This document shows positions 42,780-57,493 of a DNA stretch of 64,000 bases, in pieces. The DNA is from the human T2T-CHM13v2.0 reference genome, Homo sapiens: the NCBI RefSeq assembly GCF_009914755.1, contig NC_060929.1. One strand, 5' to 3'. Each line of letters starts with the position of its first letter. Position 1 is the stretch's first letter. The notes below the pieces were generated by a model that did no database searches, was not told where the DNA came from, and worked only from the letters and a program-made list of their open reading frames with translations. The translations under genes were made by a program, and so were the position numbers.

Positions 42780-45264
42780 ATCTCGTCCCCTTCCCTTCAC
42801 CTTTGCCCAGATGTGAGCATGGGCTTTGTTAATAACAAGTGATTTTGACTTTTAAGGGTGTCATGTGTGCCTAACCTCTGGTGTATGTGTGTCTATGTTA
42901 AAAGGACACATGTCTGTGTCTGGTCACATACGTTATCTGGGCCCTCCCCTGTGCAGCTCTGTTGGTTAGGAAGGGAGAAAACCTCCCTGAATGATGTGTT
43001 GTGTGTGACTTTTCCTGTGAGCTCTTCTGACGCCTCCTCAGTCCTCTCCCGCTTGCCATCTCTGGGCCATCCACTCCCTTCAGGATTTTTCTCTTCTGGA
43101 TCAAACTGCCAAAGTCCACTTTAATTTTGACTCCAACTTTGAGATTGACTTAAGTTTTAACAGTAAGAAACCCTTTTGGTGCTAGTACTCCCTAGCTCTT
43201 GTTTCCCAGATGAACATTTCTTGGGGCAGAAGGAAAAAAAAAAAAAAGAATTAGACTCCTTTTGCTACATAAATAGATGTGACATTCAAATCCAGAGTTA
43301 AATGGAATTTCTCGAACATTAGCAGGCTTGTGCAATGACCTATGAAGTCAAAGTCACTAAAGTTTTCTGATTAATTAGTTGCATGTAGTAACTTTAGTGC
43401 TCTAAAAGAAATGAAAGAAAGAAATAAATAAAACACTTTGCAATACTGGCTACCTACTAAGATTTACTAAGATTCTAGAGAGGTTTACTTTCCTCTGATG
43501 ATATTGAGGGCTTTTCTTTGTAGGGAGCTGCTGGCAACTGAGGATTTTGCAAACAGAATTCAGAAGGGAGGGAAATACTTCATGATGGCGTGACTCTGAG
43601 CCAAGCATAGCATTCACTAAAAGGCTGCCCAGCCAGGTCAGCATCAAGACAGAGGGGTGGCATTTATGAAATCTGAAAACAGGGCCAGAGGGTTCCAACG
43701 TGATGGAGACAGACACTATTGCCAGTCTTTGCAAGTGACAGCCACCCTGCAAATATTAGGTGGCAAGTGGGATGCTCTAGAGCTGAAGTAGTAAGGATGT
43801 GAGGGAACATAAGAGTGGCCGAGAGTGTGGGACATTCCAGGAGAGGGTTAGGCAGGGTTTTTGGCAGAACCACAGGTCCTAACCCAGTCCTGCTGGTTTA
43901 GACAACAAGTGGAGTTTCTGTATAGGCTGGCCATCTGGGCTGGGAGAAAACAGAGAACAGAAACCTTAGCACAAAAGGGTTTCTGACCTAGATGCCTTCA
44001 GTCCAGAAGAGCTACAGAGCTGGGGTGGGGGGGTGGGGCATGTGGGGGCCCTGAAAGGAGACACTGCCCAGTGGTCACAGCCTGGGTGGAACTGAAGAAG
44101 TCAGTTGGCCCGTGAATGGTTTTTCTTCCTGCCTGTCACACCAAGGGGATTCTCTTCCTATGTAACGTAATAAATTCCCCTATAATCTCAAGATGCAGGT
44201 AACAGCTTGGCCCTGGTGAGAAATGGCTGGCTTCATGTTTCCCCCAGTATGATTTCCTGTACATACAGCGAGGGGCCCTGCCCACTCTCCTGCAGAGCTC
44301 GGGAGCCGAGCCTAGAAGGGAAAAACAAGGCTGATTCATGTTTGTGATTAACTTCTCACCTAACGCTGTAATCCCATACATGGAACTGGCCTGGCTTGTC
44401 ACTGCTTGGCTGGGACCTCGGTTGTTGGAAGAAGGGTAGGTGGCCGCAGATTCTGCACCAACACTGCCAATGCCACCCTTGCCACCCTCTGTGGGCGGTG
44501 CCTCCAATCCCCTTGCTTTGGGACGCCTTTTTCTGTCTTTCCCCCTGTGTGGCCCCATGGCATTTTATTTGCACCTCTTTCATGGCGTTTGCCTTTTCTT
44601 CACTTGCAGTTATTGATGAACTCCCTGAGGCGATGGAGCGGGGGCGGGGGTGCGGCGCAACCATGTTCTCCTTCTCTTTAAACCTTCTCAAGTGCCAAGC
44701 CCAATGCCAGGCCCAGGTTTAGTGCTCAGCAAATCACAGTGAAATGAACTGAACGGCAGAGGATGACCTCCCTGGAACAACTGCCCTGGATAAAAAAGAA
44801 GCCCAAATCAAATTCCAGCCCCTGGCCGGCAGGGCAGATGCGACCTCCCTCTGCTTTTCTCGACAATAATCCTGGCCCCTTGTTATGATAAACTACTTGC
44901 TCCTTGCTTGGCAGTACATTCAGGAACTGGACTGCTGCCAATGAAAACACAGGAGTGATGGTAGGACTATTGAAATAAATTAATGGCCTATGACAAATAC
45001 AGGAAAAACAGTGCTGGTTAATAAGCTCAAACACCAACAAAATCACATGTTATTTAAGAGGAGGAGGAGTTTTTACATAAATGTGTGTGATTTTAAGTAA
45101 TAAGAATGATTTTTAAAAACCCAAGTAATTCATAACCTTTTTAGCCGAGTAAATGCTAGCCCTTTAAAGTTGATATCAATACTTTGGGAAGCTGCAATTG
45201 CCTAAAACAACTATACTACTCTTTTTGGCAGCCTTCAGGGCTGGTTCGGGAGGAAAATTAAATC

Positions 45265-45530
45265 TATTACTTGATAATTACGCTTTTTGGTTTAAGTCCC
45301 AAATGGTATCACCCAATATGATTACTGCCCTGACCCACCAGATTTGGCTCTAAATTATTTTTGATAGTTTCCAAAAATCAGATGCACCCTCAATTAAACC
45401 AAATCTTTGCTATTCCTCAGGCATGCAAAAGAAGGTACTGTAAATTCTGGAGTTCCAAAGAGAGATTCCAAAACTGTTTCATGACCAAGAAAAATGTCAG
45501 TGTCGACCTCGCAGGTGACCACCGCAAATA
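45265..45530 (+). mobile_element. MARNA-like mariner fossil
   Basis: ccaccagatttggctctaaattattt...gtttccaaaaatcagatgcaccctcaa reads PPDLALNYF..FPKI across a frameshift, resembling the mariner YSPDLAP-D motif. Also ttccaaagagagattccaaaactgttt. Confidence 0.7.
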
Positions 45531-46849
45531 TGCAAGTTCGGATTTCTTTGTTTGAAGATCTGTCATGTCATCTTAGAATCAGTGTTCATAGTTGCTCATT
45601 CTGGGCAGACTGTCATCAGGTTCGGTTTGCACAAAACAGTTGACCCGAATCAAGGAATTTAAACTTTGAATACTAGACCAGCTATGACATTTGGATCAGT
45701 GGGAGCCTTTGCAAATCAATATGAAAACTCGAGCAGCCCACACGGGTGTTTCACCAGCTGGCCACCCTGCAGGAGGCACATGCAGTGAAATAACTAAAAG
45801 CAGCCTCCTTTACTTCTAACCTGGCATAAATCACTCTGGTTCGATTTCAAGGGGGTGGGATGTGCAGGAGTGCCGGCGTCAAGCCCCAGCGCTAAGTGGC
45901 TAATCGAGTCCCTTGGTCTTCTCAATGTGTTATTTAGGGCTGGTTTACTTTCCTGATGGTGGAATGCTGTGATCCACTTACAGAAGAGAGTAAACACACT
46001 CCAAGCACTAACTTCATGCTTCATGCAAATTGAGCCCCAAAGAGGCCTGGGTGGTAGAGGAAAAGCTCTGCTATGCTGCACCTTGGGAAAAATGAGCTGG
46101 TCAGAAATCTGTTATCCAAGATCTAATTCATGTTATCCCAGTAGGTCTATCCCCTTTTTCTCTCTCTTCCTCACCCTTCTAGGAACTATAAGTGAATGCA
46201 AGAGCAGTAATTGACTGTGTAAATTAACCCATTTGTTTGTGAAGCTAAAGATCTACTTCCTCCACCCCCACCTAAGACAGTGGGAATAGTAACTCCCAGT
46301 TCCCCCACAACCCTAGGGCACCTCCAACCTGTAAAACTCACCTGCTCTGTCACTGTCAGCTTCTGGTGTCTACTTCCTAGACTGAAGGCAATACTGGAAA
46401 GGTCAGATTCAAGGGCTTTCAGGTTAGTAAAACTCCAGCTGGCATGGCTTCCACCATCTCATTAATGAAGAACAAACACACACTAACACTCCTTGGGAAA
46501 AGTGCCTGCTGGCTTTCTTCCCTTATTACTGGGAATAAATCAGCAGAGATCCACAGAAAGGGGAAGGCTAGGAGGAGAAGATCTCCAAGACATGATCTAC
46601 ACCCAAAGGCATCCTTGACCATAATACCATAAAGGGATATCAAAAAGAGCTAACACTTTTTGAAACCCAGGTGGCCCCTGACCTAAGCTATAACAACCCC
46701 AGGTATAGGCAGGTCTGGGTCAGCTATCCTATTGCCCACTGTTCTTCAAAAGATGTTGCTGAGATTCTTACTCAGTGTGCGGGGGTCCACAGATTGGTGG
46801 GAAGTGGGTGAAAGTGTGACTTTCCAGGGGCTTCCATTCCACTTGGGAT

Positions 46850-47092
46850 GATTAAGAACATAGATTCTGAAGCCAGACTACCTGAGTTTGATTCTGGGCC
46901 CTACCACTTACTAACTGTGTGACTTTGGGCAACCTACTTAACACTTCTGTCTCTCAATTTATATTTCTGTAGAAAGGTTATAATAATAGTACCTTCCATG
47001 TAGGGTCACTGTGAAGATTAATGAGATCAAATATATATCTAGGCCTAGAACAGTGTTGGACAGATAGACTGTGCTATATGAGGGTTAGCTGT
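46850..47092 (+). mobile_element. MIR, near full length
   Basis: agccagactacctgagtttg...ccacttactaactgtgtgactttgggcaacctacttaac. Confidence 0.92.
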
Positions 47093-48059
47093 AAGGATTT
47101 GGAGAAATACATTATACGTCAAAAGTCATGTCCAGTTAGAACAAAGCCATATACAAGAATGCACAGGAAGAATACTTTGGAATTAGACAAAAAAGAGAAA
47201 TCCATGGGATTGAAGTAGGCAGAATGGACTTCTCAGGAGAGGTGGGGCCTGAATCCAGGACTTTCAGGGATGGGATGGGCATAGTCTACTCTGACCCTTT
47301 TTCTCTAACCTAGATTGACCACCCATGAATATGGGGCTGCCACCCCTAAGGAGGACCTCAGGCATCTTTTCCCTAGCAAATGTTCTGGATCTGCCCACTC
47401 TGTGGCTCCCTCCCCAGCTGGCCTTTTGGCTTCATCTTTGATTCCTGGCTCTTACCCATGTGCTATTGGATCAGGTGAGAGATTTCAGTTCAGGTTAACA
47501 TACTTTAGGATGGGTCTATGCTGAGTGAGGAACTGGGGCTAAAAAGGTGAGCACCTAACAATATCAAATATCACTCTCAAGAAGTTCCTAGTCAGTGTTG
47601 ACAGAGGTGGGAACAGTTTTATAATTCACTATGTTGGGAGTGGTTGCTATGGGAGCAGAGAAGGGGAGGGCTTGGCCCAAGGGCAGAGAGAGAGATCAGT
47701 GACTCTTCAAGGGTGACAGGGACAAGCCAGGGCCAGGGGCCATGATGAGCATACAGGGCGAATGGCAGTCCAGACAGGAGGAAGTGCTTGAAGTTTAGTT
47801 TGGATTCCAACACTCTCTGGGAACACTGGGTGGTGCTTTCCTTTTATCTCTCACTGCCTTCAGCCCCTCGGAAAGCTCCAGTTGGCCAGGGTTGACGAGC
47901 ATCTGTGCTGGGCTGGCCACAGGCCTCCTAATGAGCCAGCTCCAGACTGGGCAGGGTGAAGGGCTGGCGGGGGTGGTGAAGACTCTCCAGGCAGGAGGTA
48001 CACCATAAGGAAAGGCTGCAACAGGAAGGTCCAGTGGAGCTGTGGGCACAATACCAACG

Positions 48060-48215
48060 TTAAAACCCGATCTCTACCATCAGTTAGCTCCGTTATCTGG
48101 AGCAAGTTACTTTGCTTCTCTGGAATCTTCATTATAAAATAGGTGAAATAATACTTGGAGAAGTGGTTCTGGGGCTTGAGTGAGATACATGAGGAACACC
48201 CAATAAGCACCTACT
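48060..48215 (+). mobile_element. MIR fragment
   Basis: gagcaagttactttgcttctctggaatcttcattataaaataggtg. Confidence 0.6.
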
Positions 48216-49036
48216 ACTATGTGCTGGGCTGGAAGGGGTTGGCCAGGTCCCAGTCCCACTCTGTCATTCTGCTGTCTGCATTCACAATACTAAATGGCAC
48301 TTAGATCATTAGCTGTCAAAATAAATCAGGGAACTCAGGACACTTCTCTTTGAAATAGCTTTTAAATAGCTAGTGTTTGATAAAGATTAGGCAGTGAGAG
48401 TGTTGGTCTTTACCCCAGGAAGAGCCCAGTCAGGTTGCAACTGTGTTAGACTCTCCCAGAGAGCCCTACTGAGCTGGGAGGGCTGGCGCCTGGCCTGGAG
48501 GAAGAGTCTGCGGGCTGCAGAGTTGCACATCCTGCTCAGCCTGAGGAGGTGGCTAATTAGGGCTGATTGTGAAGAGGGTTTGATGACGTGGACACCTACA
48601 TGGGAAACTTTGTATGCAGACCACCACTTCATTTCAGGCAGGTCATGAAACAGCTATTGGACAAGAGCATTCACTCACTCACTTTAGATGGCCTAGGTGA
48701 AATGCTCCCTATCCCAGCACCAAACCTAAGCTATCTATTTTCCCTATTCCTGCAACTTGAATCAGCCTAGTCAAAAATGCAGAAGTCTGGCCTGAAAATT
48801 GCCCAAGGAGAAGAGCGAAAAAGAAGGAAGAAGAATGCTCTTTTCATAGGGCTGTGGCATCGTTTACGGTGTTCCCAACATTTGAACTACTTGAGATTAA
48901 ATAGTAAATAGTTCATCATATAAACAAACGTGTGAAGAAGCAACCTCTTACATTGCTGGTAGGGGTAAAAATTGATGTAAGTCAGTTTGGCAATATCTAT
49001 CACAATCTCACATTTTGACAAATGAACACTTTATGA

Positions 49037-50044
<1,008 letters not shown>

Positions 50045-50702
50045 ATATACATGTATGTCTACATTCTATGAATGTATATATCGCCAAGAAATGTTAAGTC
50101 AAAAAAGCAAGTTGCAAAACAGCATGTATAGTATGCTACCATTTGTACATGTGTGTAAACAACTCTGGAAGGATCTTCAGGAAACAAATTACATTGATGG
50201 CTTATGAAGAAAGAAGCTAGGTGGCTGTTGGGGCAGAAGAGAGACTCAACATTTACTTTTTTATACTCTTTGAATTTTGAACCATGTGAATGTGTAACCC
50301 ATATAAAACATTAAATTTTAAAAAGTCACCTTAAAAATAAATGAATACTGTCCACTGACAGATAAATGGATAAGCAAGTGTAGTATATGAATACAATGGG
50401 ATATTGTTCAGCCTTTAAAAGGAAGGAAATTCTGACTCATGCTACAACATGGATGAACTTTGAAGATATTATACTAAGTGAAATAAGCCAGTCACAAAGG
50501 GATAAATATTGTATGATTCTAGTTATATGTGGTACCTAGAATAGTCAAATTCATAAAGACAGAAAGTAGAATGGCGGTTGCCAAGAGTTTGGTGAGGGGG
50601 TAGGAATGGGGAGTTATTGTTTAATGGGTACAGTTTCAGCTTTGCAAGATCAAAAGAATTTTGGAGATTGCGTGCACAACAAGTGAATGTACTAAAACTA
50701 CT

Positions 50703-51080
50703 TGATATGGTTTGGCTGTGTCCCCACCCAAATCTCATCTTGAATTGCAATTCCCATAATCCCCACATGTCGTTGGGGGTACTGGTGGGAGGTAATTGAA
50801 TCATGGGAGCAGTTACCCTCATGCTGTTTTCATGATAGTGAGTGAGTTCTCACAAGATCCAATGGTTTTATAAGGGGCTTTTCCCCTACCCTTCATTCTC
50901 ATTCTTCTCTCTCCTACCTCCATGTGAAGAAGAACGTGTTTGCTTCCCCTTCCACCATGATTGTAAGTTTCCTGAGGCCTCCCCAGTCCTGCAGAACTGT
51001 GAGTCAATTAAACCTCTTTCCTTTCAAAATTACCCAGTCTCAGATATTTCTTCATAGCAGTGTGAGAATGAACTAATACA
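50703..51080 (+). mobile_element. Intact THE1D/MSTA-like solo LTR
   Basis: tgatatggtttggctgtgtccccacccaaatctcatcttgaatt...gaactaataca, with TSD ctact (50698-50702 and 51081-51085). Confidence 0.95.
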
Positions 51081-51114
51081 CTACTGAACTGCACATCTTG
51101 ACTGTACATGGTTA

Positions 51115-51499
<385 letters not shown>

Positions 51500-52954
51500 T
51501 TATATGTATTTTACTACAGTTAAAAATAAGAAAACTATCTATAAAATAAATTTTTAACAAAGAACACTTGGTTACATTAATTTAGTCATCCCACCAATGA
51601 ATGTTCTGATTGCAGCCACCTAGTGTGATGTGTTAGAGGACTTTCGGGGCCTAATTCTCTGCCTAGCCTTTCCCTCAGCTTTAGCAAGGCCAGATTATCT
51701 GATTGCTCTCTGCTTTTGTTTTTTCATCTGAAAAGTAGGAACACGATTTTCCTACCCTGATACTTTAACTGGATTATTGCATACTGATGTTTTTCTACTC
51801 AGGTTCCTAGCCATTATGGTAACATCAACCTGCAGGAATTGTCTAACCTTATTTTGTGACTTTCCCCTTATCCAGGCTTTGAAGAAGACCACTGCGTCGG
51901 TATTTGTGAAATGTTTTGAGCCTCTGGATTTAAATAAGGTGAAATATAAAGGATCCTTTTCACTACTGGGCACGCCTAACTGCATGTCTTCTAAACACTG
52001 CTTGTGATGGTCATTCATACCAAAGGACGGAAACAGAAAGCACAGATCACAAAATCCTCTGGCCAAATGGGGAATCTGACCCTGAAACGAAGGAGCAGTG
52101 TCAATGTCCTGAGCCCCACTGCCAGCCTCAGCTCTATGAGAAAGGTGGCAGAGAGGTGGCAAGGAGGCACACACAAAAGACTGGTGTTTGTCCTCTCCAT
52201 GCTTCTGCCAAATCTTATAACCTCCCGTCCCCGACTGGCAAGCCAAATAGTAGCACCATCCCTACAGGTTACATTATACCCTGAAATTAACATTACAAAT
52301 CAAACCACTTAGTTTTAAAGTGCTTTTCACAAGCCTACTAACTTAATCCATGACTAGTGCTATGGGGGTTGTTAATAGGTTCTCACATCTCCCCAAAACA
52401 GCCCTATTTAAGACCCCTCCTCCATTACCCACACACCAGCCTGCCTTCCTCACTCAGGGTGAGGACCCACAGTGAACGACAGTAGTATTCTCCTCTCTCT
52501 TCTGTTGACCTAGATTGACCTGAGTGGGGGTTTTAAGACTGATCTCTCTTCCCTCTTCTCATACCAAGTCTAAATTCCACTGCTGGGCTTTCCCTGCCTG
52601 CTGTGATTTGACTCTACCTTTCTATACAGCCAACTTCTTACCACCCACACGCTCACCTCTGCCTCAGTCCTCAGGCCTGGAAAGGCCCTTTGAATCTTCC
52701 TTTATGCCTCTCCTGCAGATCCAGGCACAAGTCCAACCCTCCACCAGCCTGAATCCGTCTTTTCCTCCTCTGAATTCCTATGGCATTTATAGTTAGCACC
52801 CTACAATTTACTGAACCACTTAATTATATGCTCTCTGGCATTGCTCAGTGATTATGTCTTGCTTTTAGTCTGGCCTCCTGAGTAGATATTGAATCTCAGT
52901 GGGGCAGAAACTATACTTTATACATGTTTATTGTATCCTCAAGAGCACCTACTA

Positions 52955-53150
52955 TTACTAATGGCAGTCAGCACTTAGTGTATACGACACACAGTACTTT
53001 ATGTATGCTATCTATTTAATACCACAATATCTCTAACAAGGCATTATCATGCCTATTTTTCAGATGGAAAACCAAAGCTCAGGGAGTTTTACATGGGCAG
53101 GCAGCTGGTGAGGGCTGAGACTGGAGCCAGGCCAGTGGTCTTCAAAGGCT
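52955..53150 (-). mobile_element. MIR
   Basis: gcctatttttcagatggaaaaccaaagctcaggga. Confidence 0.7.
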
Positions 53151-53254
53151 TTAGTCAAACTTTTTGACAGATATAAGAAAACCGAACTAAGGAAAATACT
53201 TTCCTGGGATCATCCCTATATGAAGTGGCAGACCTGGAATTGCTCCCTGTTTCA

Positions 53255-53380
53255 AAACATGTAAGCTCCTCAAGAACAGGAACTTTTGTCTGTTTGTTCA
53301 TTGTTGTATCTCCAATCCTTAGAACTATGCCTGGCTCAAAGTAGGTGCTCAATAAAATATCTGCTGAATGAACAAATGCA
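53255..53380 (+). mobile_element. L2 3' terminus
   Basis: tgtaagctcctcaagaacaggaac...tgcctggctcaaagtaggtgctcaataaaatatctgctgaatgaa. Confidence 0.9.
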
Positions 53381-54669
53381 ATCTAATCACCAAACCTACT
53401 CTGAACGCTCACCAAGTGTGAGGCACTGCTCTTATGAGAAAAGTAATGTAAGAGACATTCTAGTTTGTTTGACTAAACCTCACTCACCACAGAATACTCA
53501 CAAAGGGCTGTCCAGAAACAGAAATGTGATAAAAGCCTGCATCCCGAACTTGGTGCCAAATTTGTACTTTTAGACTTGAGAGGGTATGGAGCTTCCTATT
53601 CCCTGCCTGTTCCTCTCCTTCAGTCCTCCCTCCATGGAAATAATCAGCCACCACAGCCCAGGAAGAAAGGGAAGCAGTCCCATACCCCAGGAGCAGGCTG
53701 GCCTGCGATATCACATCAGACTCCTGGGATTCCAGAGAGAAAGGAGTCCCTGAGGCCCTGCAAGTCCACCTACGGGGGCTGTAGAGCTGGAGACCTGGGG
53801 CCTGGATATTAAAATAACACATGCATATCCACAGGCAGGGGGCGTGGGCCCTGCTCCTTCTGTAGGTTCTTTTAAACATTTATCTTCAGAAGTCTTTATT
53901 TGTGCTAAGTCACTTAGATCAAAACAAAAACACTTATTTTTGTGTTTGCTTAAACAACGTAGATCGTTTCTTCAGTTATCTCCTGGCTATATATGTGGAC
54001 ACATCTTAGATCTAGAGACTAAGAAAAGTATTTTCTTGCTGTCCTGTACTTTCTACACATTTGTAACCTGTGTTCATAACAAAGGTAATCAATTTCCCGA
54101 CAAGTAGTTATTCAAGCTAGGTGAGACAAATAAAGGAGATAAAGAAGTTGCACGATTTAAACAAACAAAAGAACAGTCAGCCACCAAACAAAGCCCACAG
54201 TTCCAATGTAATGATTTGAAATAGTTTTGATCTTTTTTGGTAGGGGATGGGGCCAGGTCATAACCATGTAAAAGTAATGAAAACAAACCAAGACTGCGGG
54301 GCCCTAATTACTGTCAAGTTGTCATTTTCTCCAATTGCCTTGAAGGTTTGTTTCTTTTTAAAATTCAGTGTAACCTTACAGGAGGCAATAAGGGCTGGCG
54401 AAACGCGGTGGCAGTGGAAACTAGCTGGGCGGATGCAGCAACTTTGGGAATAGTGGGATGCAGGGGTGGAAGACAGGCTGAGGGCAAAGGGGCTGCCAGG
54501 GCTTCTGAGGAGGCTCCCAGGAGACTGATAAGATCCCGAGGGGATCGGAGAAGTGCGAGGGTCCAGTTACATGTGCAGGAAAGGTGATGAACCCCAGGTT
54601 TTTATACTTGTTCATGAGGCGCCAGCCTCATGCTTAGTTTGTTTCTGAAGCATATCACCCTCACTCTAA

Positions 54670-54985
54670 CTCCTATCTAGAATATTCTTCTCCCAGATCT
54701 TCCCGTAGCTGGCTCAGCTTTCACGTCACCTCTTCAGAAAGGCCTTCCTGACCACCAACCTGAAGTCACAACCTAGTTAGTCTCTCGCCCCTTTTCCATG
54801 CTTTTTTTTTTTTTGCCTTCATGGCTGTTGGCACTACCTGAACGTTTCTTGTTTGTCAGTATATGTCCTCTGCGCCCCCATACCATGGTGTAAGCCCCAG
54901 GAGAGCAGAAACTTCCTTTGTCTACCCGACAGTGCTGAAGCCTCAGAGTCTGGATCAGTGTCAGGTACGGAGAAGGTGCTCTGGT
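54670..54985 (+). mobile_element. L2 3' fragment
   Basis: gtcacctcttcagaaaggccttcctgaccacc; tgtaagccccaggagagcag. Confidence 0.75.
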
Positions 54986-55471
54986 GGAAACCTCAGTGGC
55001 AACGTTCAGCTCACAGTGGGAAACTCGGGCCTTCAGACCAGGGAAGGGGGCGGTTTGAAGATATGAGTCTGGAGTGTGACTGATGAAGCCAAAAGCAGGC
55101 ACAAACTCTCTTTTTATGACCAACTTTGGATAATGAGCTCAAGCCATGTATAAAAACATTCCCCAAAAGTGCTTTTCTAGATGAAAGGGAGAAAAATAGC
55201 TAAAGTGATCCATCTTCCTTTCTTTGAGGAAGGTTGGCACCGCTTCTGTTGCTTCCAGGAAGATTGCATACACATGTAAAACTGGAAAAACGTTAATGAA
55301 GAGAAAAACTAAAAGGTAGGAGGGTGTACTCAAATATCAAGTTCTCCTCCATGTAGTAGCTGCCCCTGCCTTCATTAATAGAACCATTAAGATCCTTGTT
55401 GCTCCCTGTGCAACAATAGGAAGGGAGCTCAGGATATAGACTTAAAACGGAGGACACAGAACAGTGGACGC

Positions 55472-55686
55472 CAGCGGTGTCCAACTTTTTGGCTTCCCTG
55501 GGCCACCTTGGAAGAAGAAAAATAGTCTTGGGCCACACATAAAATACACTAACGATAGCTGACAAGCTAAAAAGCATCACTAAAAAAACTCATAATATTT
55601 TAAGAAAGTTTACGGATTTGTGTTGGGACTCATTCAAAACCATCCTGGGGTGCCTGCGGTCCGTGGGTCATGGGTTGGACAAGCTA
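55472..55686 (+). mobile_element. MER30 hAT-Charlie MITE
   Basis: cagcggtgtccaactttttggcttccctgggccac...ttttaagaaagtttacggatttgtgttggg...gggttggacaagct. Confidence 0.92.
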
Positions 55687-56231
55687 AGTATAAGCCATAT
55701 GTTACCTTTTGCATTAAAAAGGTGGAGTAGAATAAAAAATACACTTACATTTACATGAACACTGGGGCGATATAGAAGAAGCGAATATAACTGGCTATAC
55801 ACTTCAAGGCCAGTGAAGTGGAGAGCAGGCACCAGTATAGGAACGAGATGTCTTGATTCATACTTTCCATGTTGTCTTGATTCTTCAACCATGTGAATGT
55901 ATTAATTGTTTTTTAAATAAAAAAAAAGTAATGATTCTTGTATATAATTAATAGTAATTGGAGCCTTGTAGCTCAATGATTATCTTGCCAAAGTTTGGTG
56001 CAGGTAATATTGACAATTCAGGCTGAGAGAGCTACTGTCAGCGCCTTAGAGTAAAGAATATGAATGAAAGAGGGCACATTATTACACTCATGTCTTCACA
56101 AACAGAATCAGAGACTGAGGTGTTTCCAATTCTGGAGGTGGACTCCTGATTCCGTTTGCTTCTTAGTAATCACACTAAAATTGTATGTTTTATACAATTT
56201 CATACTAAAATTGTGTGAAAAATACGGCACC

Positions 56232-56310
56232 AGGCTGGGTGCAGTGGCGTGTGCCTGTAATTCCAGTACTTTGGGAGGCCAAGGCAGGCAGATTGCCTGA
56301 GGCCAGAAGT
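56232..56310 (+). mobile_element. Alu left-arm fragment
   Basis: ggctgggtgcagtggcgtgtgcctgtaattccagtactttgggaggccaaggcagg. Confidence 0.85.
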
Positions 56311-57128
56311 TGGAGAAGGGGGCAAGACAAGCTTCTGGAATGCTGGAAATGTCCTGTTTCTTGATCTGGCTGCTGGTAACGTAGGTGTGTTCACTTTGTG
56401 AAAATTCATTGCACCACACATGTGTGATTTGTGCACTTTCCTATGTGTATGTTTGACACCAAATAAGAAAAAAGAAAAGGAAAAATATAATGCAACTCTA
56501 TATGCGTTGTCATGGAAAGATGTGCAGGCCCTGTCATGTAGAGGAGCCCATGTGATACAGCCCTTTCATGTGATGCTATAGATATCAAGCTATAAGTACC
56601 TGCATGCCTAGAGAGTTATTCTGGAAAGTGGTTCTCATAAATGTTAGTCATGCTTACTTCTGGGTAAGATTTTGAGTTGTTTGGGGTTTTTTTTACACTT
56701 TCTTCTTTGTGCTTTTTTGTATTTGCACTTTTTTTGCATAGTGCATGTGTCTTTTATATTCAGAAAGTGGGCTTTTATTTTTTTAAACCCCTCATTAATT
56801 AAAAAGAAATTTTAAACCTGCTTTTTACTTTCTATAGAGGCAAACCAGTAAATACCCAATGCCTATCAGCCACGGACATGATGTATGTTGTGTGCATCAA
56901 ATACACTTTGCAGTTGTCCCTGTTTCTAAGTATTTCCAAGGCTGGTTCTGAACAGAGTAGCCACCATCTTTCCCATCAACAGATAACACACCCCTGTCGT
57001 AAAATCTGAGGGTGGATCAAGGGAAGAGGTCTGAGTCCCCAAAAAGAGTTCAGGGTAAATGCTGTAGACACCGTAGGCTGGCTGTTCTTCCTGTCTTTGA
57101 AGCAGAGAGCAGACCGGTCCATTCATTA

Positions 57129-57493
<365 letters not shown>

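Noticed and set aside
56195-56220. catactaaaattg resembling U6 snRNA
   Set aside because: The match is only about 12 nt and neither flank continues the U6 sequence.
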